DNA of 62,429 nucleotides, filler included. It is 3 parts of 3 records of this genome, joined end to end, with 100 filler letters (N's around TTAATTAATTAA, not from the genome) between each part and the next. Parts side by side here need not be neighbours in the genome. Positions count along the whole stretch, not along the records: positions 55,435 to 62,429 come from SRR31156797_10791; 2 more parts are not named here. One strand, 5' to 3'. Within the stretch, counting starts at the first letter, position 1, and every line of letters starts with the position of its first letter. Of the stretch, positions 55,436 through 62,429 are shown one piece after another. Both the position numbers and the translations under genes were made by a program. The notes below the pieces were generated by a model. The model saw only the letters and a list, made by a program, of their open reading frames with translations, was not told the origin of the DNA and did no database searches.

Positions 55436-56446
55436 ATGGAACATCAAACCATGAGTTTTATGGGTAGTTTTGGATTTGGACTTATTGCCCATGAACTGGC
55501 TCATCAATGGTTTGGCGATTGTATTACTCTAGGATCATGGCACGACATATGGTTGAACGAAGGATTTGCTACCTACCTGACAGGACTTTCATACGAGAAT
55601 ATTTTACCTTTTTGGTGGCCAGTTTGGAAAGAAACCTATACCAAAAAGATTAAAGCAGCTCCTGATGGGGCTGTATTCGTTGAAGATACGACTTCTGTGT
55701 CCCGAATTTTTAACAGCCGTCTATCGTACGCCAAGGGGGCATACATCCTACATATGCTTCGCTGGATTATTGGCGACGATCTCTTTTTCAGTGGCCTAAA
55801 AAACTACTTTAGCGACACCAACATTACCAATGGTTTTGCACGTTCAGAAGATGTTATTCATCATTTCGAATCAGTAGCAGACACCAGCCTGCAAGAGTTT
55901 TTTGACGATTGGCTCTATGGTGAAGGTTATCCTGTGTATTCTTTATCCTACGTAAGCAATCAAAATGGCAGTTACAAACTAATTCTTAATCAGCAAACTA
56001 CACACTCTTCGGTAGATTTTTTTGAAATGCCGGTACCTGTTCGTTTATACAATGCCACTAACACAGATTCGCTCGACCTTAGATTAAACCACACTTCGAA
56101 TCAACAGGAATTTTGGGTAACTCCTGGTTTTGAAATAGCCAGCGTTAAAATCGATCCTGATTTATGGTTGGTTTCTGAAACTGATCAGGTTGTTGGTACC
56201 GAAAGTAGTGAAACAAGAGAGTATATTTCTATTTATCCCAATCCGGTACAAAACGTATTAAAAATAATTTCCAACTCACAATATGGCATTGAAAGTATCA
56301 GGGTATTAGATATTAATGGACGAATTCTGAACTCGTACAACAAGGGCACAAGTGAAATAAGTACAATGGCTTATAAACCGGGAACTTATTTTTTAGAGCT
56401 AAAAAATACTAAGACAACAATTTATAAACGGTTTATAAAACATTAA
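55436..56446 (+). CDS. M1-family aminopeptidase with T9SS C-terminal sorting domain (5' truncated)
   Basis: MEHQT, HELAHQWFGD...WLNEGFATY, SYAKGA; tail IYPNPV...DINGR...GTYFL...KRFIKH. Confidence 0.9.
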   Translation: MEHQTMSFMGSFGFGLIAHELAHQWFGDCITLGSWHDIWLNEGFATYLTGLSYENILPFWWPVWKETYTKKIKAAPDGAVFVEDTTSVSRIFNSRLSYAKGAYILHMLRWIIGDDLFFSGLKNYFSDTNITNGFARSEDVIHHFESVADTSLQEFFDDWLYGEGYPVYSLSYVSNQNGSYKLILNQQTTHSSVDFFEMPVPVRLYNATNTDSLDLRLNHTSNQQEFWVTPGFEIASVKIDPDLWLVSETDQVVGTESSETREYISIYPNPVQNVLKIISNSQYGIESIRVLDINGRILNSYNKGTSEISTMAYKPGTYFLELKNTKTTIYKRFIKH

Positions 56447-56450
56447 TAGT

Positions 56451-56846
56451 TTATTCAAAACCTAGCTCTTTCATCTTTTTCTCTGCTCTTTCAGAGATCG
56501 CATCAAATTTCTTTTGGTATTTGTCTTTCGACGCACAAACGGCCAAATTTGTCCATTGTTCCATCCAGGTTAAGGCTTCTTGTGAAACTTTTAAATACTC
56601 TTCAGATAAGGTCTGGTCCATTGGATTCTTAATATATTTTTCCATCATTTTCAGGTAATCGTCCATCCATTTTTCATACTGCGCAATAAATTCATCACAG
56701 TCTTTTGCTTTATCAAAATCCTCTGACTTACCTGATTTTTCAACAGACTTTTCACTAACTTCCTCTGATGCTTTTTTATTGTTGCCGCTGTTACATCCGG
56801 CTAAAAATAAAACTGACATGAAAGTGACTAAAAGAAACTTTTTCAT
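56451..56846 (-). CDS. Hypothetical lipoprotein
   Basis: Lipobox LAGC; helical domain CDEFIAQYEKWMDDY. Confidence 0.8.
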   Translation of the reverse strand: MKKFLLVTFMSVLFLAGCNSGNNKKASEEVSEKSVEKSGKSEDFDKAKDCDEFIAQYEKWMDDYLKMMEKYIKNPMDQTLSEEYLKVSQEALTWMEQWTNLAVCASKDKYQKKFDAISERAEKKMKELGFE

Positions 56847-56954
56847 AACAAATAAAATTAAAGATTATTGAACAATGCTTGATATTAAACACCTAATATT
56901 CTTCAAGTTACAAACAAATACACAATTAAACAATAAGCTTTAACCTTAAAATGC

Positions 56955-57359
56955 CTACCAATTAAACTTTATCGTTTGAACCAGATCCGGATGAAGGCTT
57001 AACGGAACAGGGCTTGTTCCTGCTACACTTTCCACAATCCCTTTTTCTTCTTCTGTATAATCCTTATCAGGAAAAGTAAATTCCACAATAACTTCAGCAA
57101 TCCTTCGCGGATCAGATGCCATTATTTTTGTTACCTCCACAGTTGTTCCTTCAATATCAATCCCATTATCACGAGCTTTAATACCCATAATAGTTAAAAT
57201 ACAGCTACCAAGCGAAGTTGCCAGTAAATCTGTTGGAGAAAAATATTCACCTTTTCCCTGATTATCGGTTGGGGCATCGGTAATCACATTGTTGCCCGAC
57301 TGAATATGTTCATTTTTAGTACGAAGCTCTCCCAAATAAATGGTTTTTATTGTCGTCAT
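56955..57359 (-). CDS. OsmC-family protein
   Basis: YLGELRT..H..SG....TDAP.DNQGKGE.FSPTDLLA..LGSC. Confidence 0.88.
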   Translation of the reverse strand: MTTIKTIYLGELRTKNEHIQSGNNVITDAPTDNQGKGEYFSPTDLLATSLGSCILTIMGIKARDNGIDIEGTTVEVTKIMASDPRRIAEVIVEFTFPDKDYTEEEKGIVESVAGTSPVPLSLHPDLVQTIKFNW

Positions 57360-57505
57360 AACTTTTGTTTTTAGTTATCAATAAAGATAGACTATTTCTC
57401 GAAATCCCCGAATCACACTTCCAACTCAGAACTAAAAGTCCTCATCACGTTGAACCGTATTTCTTTTCACGTAAAGGTTGATCTATAAATAATTTCATTA
57501 TATTC

Positions 57506-57533
57506 GTGTTACGAATTTATTAATTAGTATTAC
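57506..57533. promoter_or_regulatory. NikR-type operator upstream of the nikR-like gene
   Basis: GTGTTAC-N14-GTATTAC immediately before ATG 57535, overlapping a TATATTCG Bacteroidota -7-like element. Confidence 0.6.
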
Positions 57534-57534
57534 T

Positions 57535-57936
57535 ATGTCGGTTTCAAGATTTGGCGTTTCGCTCGACGGAGAATTATTAAAAGCTCTTGACAAGTTTGTA
57601 AGCGACAATGCCTTTGCCAATCGATCTCAGGCCATTCGACACCTCATAGAGAAAAATATGGTGGAAGAAAAATGGAAATGTGACAACATAGTAGCCGGAG
57701 CTGTTATTCTCGTTTTTAACCATTCGAAAAAAGAAATTCTTAAAAAGTCGTCCGATATTCAATTCGAATACAAGGAACTAATTCTTTCTTCGCAGGGATT
57801 CTATTTAAACGATCTTAATTATATGGAGATTGTTGCCGTAAAAGGACCGTCGCGCAAATTAACAGAGATTGCAGATAAACTGATTACCATTAAAGGAATC
57901 CAGCACGGCAAGTTGGTAATGAGTAAAGCAGAATAA
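57535..57936 (+). CDS. nikR: NikR-like RHH-ACT regulator lacking the canonical Ni ligands
   Basis: RFGVSL..ELL..LD..NRSQAIR (RHH domain) and EIVAVKG..KGIQHGKL C-terminal domain. Confidence 0.85.
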   Translation: MSVSRFGVSLDGELLKALDKFVSDNAFANRSQAIRHLIEKNMVEEKWKCDNIVAGAVILVFNHSKKEILKKSSDIQFEYKELILSSQGFYLNDLNYMEIVAVKGPSRKLTEIADKLITIKGIQHGKLVMSKAE

Positions 57937-57953
57937 TTTTTTTTGACCAAATA

Positions 57954-57981
57954 GTAACACGTTTAAACCAATTAGTAACAC
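57954..57981. promoter_or_regulatory. NikR-type operator upstream of the TonB receptor
   Basis: GTAACAC-N14-GTAACAC, i.e. GTGTTAC-N14-GTGTTAC on the minus strand. Confidence 0.65.
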
Positions 57982-57994
57982 CTATAACTATAAA

Positions 57995-59833
57995 ATGAAA
58001 TCCAAAGTAGTTCTCTGTGCAGTATTTGTACTTACGTCCTTGTTCGGAAACGCTCAAATGCATTTCCAAACTGATGATACAATAAAAATTAATGAAGTAG
58101 TAGTAACCGGCTCGCATGTTAAAGTGAACAAAAACAATGTCCCCATGGCCGTTTCGGTGGTTAACCGGGCACAAATTGAAGAGAGTAGTGAATCGGCCAT
58201 TTTACCGATATTAAATGGCAAGGTACCCGGCCTGTTTGTAACCGAACGTGGGGTAACAGGTTTTGGAGTTGCTCAAGGATCAGCAGGGCAGATTTCGATA
58301 AGAGGTATTGGCGGTAATCCTACAACACGCGTATTGATGCTTATCGATGGACATCCGCAGTTTATGGGAATAATGGGACACCCTCTACCCGACTCCTATG
58401 TTGCTTCCGATGTTGAACGGGTGGAAGTAATTCGCGGACCGGCTTCAATACTTTATGGATCGAATGCAATGGGAGGTGTAATAAACATCATTACAAAAAA
58501 GCAGGAAGAAGAAGGATTTCATGGAAATGCAAGACTGGTTTACGGCTCGTGCAATACTCAAAAGTACCTGGGTGCTACAGGCTTTAAAAAGAAAAGATTT
58601 AGCGGATTCGTTTCCTTAAATCATGATCAAACTGATGGTCACAGACCAAACTCTGATTTTAAAATTACAAATGGGTATTTAAAACTTGCTTACGAAATAA
58701 ACGACCATTTCTTTGCATCCACAGATATCAGTATAGCTGCTTTCGATGCTTCGGATCCGGGTCCTGACACTACTAATGCTGAACCTGGAGAGCGCATTGA
58801 TATTTTAAGAGGGTATTGGGCTCTAACTGTTTTAAATGAGTTTGAACAAGCCTCGGGAGCTGTAAAGGTGTTTTACAACTTCGGAGAACACGAAATTACC
58901 GATGGATTTCACTCAACCGACCACAATTGCGGAATAAACTTATATGAAGCCTTTAAATTGTTTAAAGGCAACAGCCTTACAGTAGGTGTCGACCTGATGA
59001 ATTATGGAGGATTGGCGGAAAACACGAAACTGAAAGCTGACAAAGGAATTGTTTTTGCTGATACTTCGCTTACCGAAATTAGCTTTTACGCTTTTTCTCA
59101 ACAAGAACTGGTTAATGATCTAATTGTAAACGCAGGGATTCGCTTTCAGCATAATAGCCAATACGGAAATCAATGGATACCTTCCGTCGGTTTTGCCTGG
59201 ACTCTGGCTCCCCATACAAGTTGGAAAGGAAATGTATCGAAAGGTTTCAGAAGTCCAACGATGCGAGAATTATTTATGTGGAGCCCCAATCCTGATCTTG
59301 ATCCTGAAACAATCTGGAACTATGAGACCGGCTTTTCCAGGTACTTTTTTAATAACGCTTTGCAAGCCGAAGCAACGCTCTTTTGGATTAAAGGTGACAA
59401 CCTTATCATAAATACCGGACAATCTAACGGTTATCAAAATACGGGTGAAGTGTCGAACAAAGGAGTTGAAATAGCATTAAATGCCTGGCCGGCAAAAAAC
59501 CTTAAATTAAATGCCACTTACAGTTATACTGATATGAAAAAGCCGGTATATGCTACTCCCGAGCATCAGCTGTTTTTTAATGCAAGCTACCGTTATAAAA
59601 AGGTTCAACTTAGTGCTAACATTCAGCACATATCAAATCTTGACAATGATCCTTCAGAAACTGTGAACACCGAGAGTTATACTTTGCTAAATGCTAAGGT
59701 AAGCTTCAATCTAACACAAAATATTAAGATTTATATGAACGGAGAAAATTTGTTGAATACAGAATATGAGGTGAACAGGTATTACACTATGCCCAAGGCA
59801 ACCTTTTTTGCCGGGCTGAATTTTATCTTTTAA
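57995..59833 (+). CDS. TonB-dependent receptor
   Basis: NEVVVTG, IRGIGG, ERVEVIRGPASILYGSNAMGGVINIITK, terminal Phe. Confidence 0.93.
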   Translation: MKSKVVLCAVFVLTSLFGNAQMHFQTDDTIKINEVVVTGSHVKVNKNNVPMAVSVVNRAQIEESSESAILPILNGKVPGLFVTERGVTGFGVAQGSAGQISIRGIGGNPTTRVLMLIDGHPQFMGIMGHPLPDSYVASDVERVEVIRGPASILYGSNAMGGVINIITKKQEEEGFHGNARLVYGSCNTQKYLGATGFKKKRFSGFVSLNHDQTDGHRPNSDFKITNGYLKLAYEINDHFFASTDISIAAFDASDPGPDTTNAEPGERIDILRGYWALTVLNEFEQASGAVKVFYNFGEHEITDGFHSTDHNCGINLYEAFKLFKGNSLTVGVDLMNYGGLAENTKLKADKGIVFADTSLTEISFYAFSQQELVNDLIVNAGIRFQHNSQYGNQWIPSVGFAWTLAPHTSWKGNVSKGFRSPTMRELFMWSPNPDLDPETIWNYETGFSRYFFNNALQAEATLFWIKGDNLIINTGQSNGYQNTGEVSNKGVEIALNAWPAKNLKLNATYSYTDMKKPVYATPEHQLFFNASYRYKKVQLSANIQHISNLDNDPSETVNTESYTLLNAKVSFNLTQNIKIYMNGENLLNTEYEVNRYYTMPKATFFAGLNFIF

Positions 59834-61199
59834 AACGAACGGATGAGTTTGGGCCCTTTTGACCAAGGTCATCGCGGAATGATGTTCTCACACAGCGGAA
59901 GCCAATATATGCTTTTGCGGTATCCTGGTATTCAAACGACCGTGTTGATGTCTGAATATAATATGCAATGTCTTTCCATGAGCCACCACGAATTACTTTT
60001 CGTTTCATCACTACCGGATCATCAGGACGGGCATTGTACTCTACTTCCGGGTTCATATCGTGTATGATATTATAGCCTCCTTCAAAAAATGCAGTCGAGG
60101 TCCATTCAGCAACGTTACCCGCCATATCATAAACGCCATAAGGATTGGGATCGAATTGCCCGACTTTCATAGTAGTAGTAGTAGTAGGGCTATCGGCAAC
60201 ATAATTTCCCCGTAAGGGTTTAAAATTGGCAACAAAGCATCCTTCAACATTTCGGGTATAATAACTACCCCATGGATACATATTGTTGTGCATACCTCCC
60301 CGGGCTGCTATCTCCCATTCACTTTCCGTAGGCAAACGGAAATCGTGTGCCGCTGTCTCATTAAAACGTTTCGATACAATACTTCTTAAACCGCTTCTCC
60401 AGTTGCAAAATGCTTTGGCTTGTTTCCAGGTAACTCCCACTACCGGATAATCATCAAAACCAACATGAGAAAAGTATTTCATCGTAAATGGCTCATTATA
60501 GGTATAAGTAAAGTCTCTTATCCAACATAAGGTATCAGGATATACCGGAACTGCCTCACGCATTAAAAACGATCTTCTATTCTCAATAGGAACGATCTCT
60601 CCTTCGGCATTCTGAACGTTTCCTTCGTACTTCTGAGTTTCGAAATTGTAGCTGTTACTTCGTTTGGCTGCTTGTTTAAAATCAATCCAATAATACTCGT
60701 AAACGAGCTTTCGTGCATCCACCTCCTTTTTAAAACCAAATCGCTCATTTTCCGGTATGTATAACTCATCCATTGCCATTTGGTAATCCGGATCATTCCA
60801 CTCTATTTTTTCTTCCCAATTTAATTGAGGTTCCTGCAAAGGAGCCCCGTACTTATCTTCTGTAATTAAAAAATCGGTATAAGTTTGAGCCAATAATTCT
60901 CGTGCTTTTTTATCGCGTACCCATTGAACAAACTGTCTGTATTCATTATTGGTTATTTCGGTATCATCAATCCAAAAAGCTTCGGTAGAAACCGTACGCG
61001 AAGGTGTAAGTTCATACAATTCATCATCGTTTGAACCAAGGTTGTAGGAGCCTCTTTCAATGTAAGCCATACCAAATGGTGTAGGTTCAAACCATTTCTC
61101 CCGTGTTCCTTTTCCAAGTGTCAGAAATCTATTGCTATCGTTCCTGCACGATGTAAAAAGCATTGTTAAAAGTATTAGATATGTAAATGCCTTTTTCAT
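59823..61199 (-). CDS. gldK: GldK/PorK-like T9SS lipoprotein (FGE-sulfatase domain)
   Basis: Lipobox FTSC; P.P.GM, TEITNNEYRQFV.WV, VYPDT.CW, DYPVVGVTW.QA.AFC.WR, RLPTE.EWE.AARGG, GFRCV. Start moved to ATG 61199. Confidence 0.85.
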   Translation of the reverse strand: MKKAFTYLILLTMLFTSCRNDSNRFLTLGKGTREKWFEPTPFGMAYIERGSYNLGSNDDELYELTPSRTVSTEAFWIDDTEITNNEYRQFVQWVRDKKARELLAQTYTDFLITEDKYGAPLQEPQLNWEEKIEWNDPDYQMAMDELYIPENERFGFKKEVDARKLVYEYYWIDFKQAAKRSNSYNFETQKYEGNVQNAEGEIVPIENRRSFLMREAVPVYPDTLCWIRDFTYTYNEPFTMKYFSHVGFDDYPVVGVTWKQAKAFCNWRSGLRSIVSKRFNETAAHDFRLPTESEWEIAARGGMHNNMYPWGSYYTRNVEGCFVANFKPLRGNYVADSPTTTTTMKVGQFDPNPYGVYDMAGNVAEWTSTAFFEGGYNIIHDMNPEVEYNARPDDPVVMKRKVIRGGSWKDIAYYIQTSTRSFEYQDTAKAYIGFRCVRTSFRDDLGQKGPNSSVRFKR

Positions 61200-61251
61200 C
61201 TGGTTTAAACTGTTTCTACAATAAACGTCTTCTACGTTTTTAAATTGTTTC

Positions 61252-61280
61252 AAAAAAAAGCCTTATGGAAACATAAGGCT
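61252..61280 (-). terminator. Intrinsic terminator after gldN
   Basis: Minus strand AAGCCTTATG-TTTC-CATAAGGCTT followed by a T run. Confidence 0.8.
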
Positions 61281-61301
61281 TCAATTTATGCTGTGCTTTT
61301 A

Positions 61302-62153
61302 TTAATATTCCCAAAGATCCTGTTCGTAATTGAAAATCTCGTCTTCAACACGCTTCGATTCTAACATTGCTTGTTTACCAATCAGATACGTACTTATTGC
61401 CCGATTATTATACATGTTTGATTCTTTAACAATATAACTGCTAAACAAACGCTTAATAAATAAATCATCGAAAGAATGCTGACGAGCTTCGTTATAAGGA
61501 TTTAACACCAGATTAGTAGCCAACAACGGACGGGCTTCCGGATAATAAATCCAAAAAACCATTTGACGTTGAACCTGACCCGAAGCATCACCCTCACGCA
61601 CGTATTCGCGGATTGGACAAATTCCAATAATTCGAACATTCAAAGTAGATGTTTGTTTATCGAAATACCATTCTTCCTTGATCATATATTGTTTGATTTC
61701 ATTTGGTCTGATATCACCCTGCAAAATTACCTCTTTTCGTTCGCCAGTGTCAAAATCAATTTTTTCTTGTGTCGTAGCTTTAGCACCAAAAATTTCCTTT
61801 ACCTGAGCATAGCTCATTGGTATTTTAAAGTCATCATCTTCCCTAGCATCATAAGGAGTCAATTGTCCATTTTCAATCCCTTTTAACAGTAGATTTATCA
61901 AATTGGTTTTATCAGCTATTTCTGTTGTAGGATAATACAACGGAATATTCATTTTCTCGCGCAAATCGATAACACGCCATAAGGTTTTCGACCAAAAAAC
62001 ATCGGCTTCGCGTACCGACACCAAAGGCATTGGCTTTTTTTCGTAAATATCGTTTCGTTTATATGCTCCGTTCACAATTTGAGCATTGGCACTTTCATGT
62101 ACCATGCCAAGTGCAAACACTGCTAATCCGATATAAACAATTATCTTTTTCAT
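61302..62153 (-). CDS. gldN: Gliding/T9SS protein GldN (PorN)
   Basis: VREADVFWSK..WR.IDLREKMN.PLYYP, KEEWYFDK, FWIYYPE.R, FNYEQDLWEY. Confidence 0.92.
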   Translation of the reverse strand: MKKIIVYIGLAVFALGMVHESANAQIVNGAYKRNDIYEKKPMPLVSVREADVFWSKTLWRVIDLREKMNIPLYYPTTEIADKTNLINLLLKGIENGQLTPYDAREDDDFKIPMSYAQVKEIFGAKATTQEKIDFDTGERKEVILQGDIRPNEIKQYMIKEEWYFDKQTSTLNVRIIGICPIREYVREGDASGQVQRQMVFWIYYPEARPLLATNLVLNPYNEARQHSFDDLFIKRLFSSYIVKESNMYNNRAISTYLIGKQAMLESKRVEDEIFNYEQDLWEY

Positions 62154-62159
62154 AATTTC

Positions 62160-62429
62160 TTATTTTATTTTGAATGATATTGGGTCCAAATCCCTTATTG
62201 AGCCATCATCACCTCTGGCCTTAATATCTCCAATATATACGATACTATTTATTTTTACTCTTTCAAGAGCTCTTTTTTGTTCCTGTGTGAATCGGTTAGA
62301 GTTAGCAGGATATCTATTTGTATAACCTCCTTGCCCACTCGTTTCAAGGGTAAATTGGGTTACTTTATACCTAAACTCAAAATCAAAGTCTTCCAACACG
62401 GCCATTACACCATCCTGTATTCTTAGAAC
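62160..62429 (-). CDS. gldM: GldM (PorM) C-terminal part, truncated by window end
   Basis: A.LEDFDF...V..F, and I.A.G.DG..R.L.PI; frame open to the window end; directly upstream of gldN. Confidence 0.8.
   Translation of the reverse strand, partial: VLRIQDGVMAVLEDFDFEFRYKVTQFTLETSGQGGYTNRYPANSNRFTQEQKRALERVKINSIVYIGDIKARGDDGSIRDLDPISFKIK

Overview
The window is not one locus. It holds three unrelated contigs joined by artificial N-TTAATTAATTAA-N spacers at 29371-29470 and 55335-55434; taxonomy below is inferred from gene content only. Contig 1 (1-29370) is a Gram-negative anaerobe, probably Deferribacterota-like. It carries lolA, pyc and uvrC, then a metal/redox island (DsrE, four NifB/NifX-family proteins, a CDF exporter with an RcnR-like repressor, a selenocysteine peroxiredoxin missed by the ORF track, bacterioferritin), then a large TCA cluster (korDABC, sucCD, mdh, icd, acnB, fumC, class I fumarase). 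Contig 2 (29471-55334) is Clostridia-like: the 3' part of an F1Fo operon, rpiB-upp, a complete Na+-type A/V-ATPase operon, tmk, darA-holB-ricT, rsgA, psuK-psuG, a frameshifted membrane gene and a tRNA 3' end. Contig 3 (55435-62429) is Bacteroidota: a T9SS-secreted M1 peptidase, osmC, a nikR-like gene with a TonB receptor, and gldK/gldN/gldM-like genes. The best leads are (i) an unannotated leader-peptide attenuator upstream of rsgA, (ii) a NikR homologue that has lost all four nickel ligands but keeps two operator-like sites, (iii) the Sec-peroxiredoxin with a SECIS hairpin, (iv) a shared TGTATAC-N-GTATACA palindrome upstream of three TCA units, and (v) a 123-nt rod-like hairpin in the kor leader.
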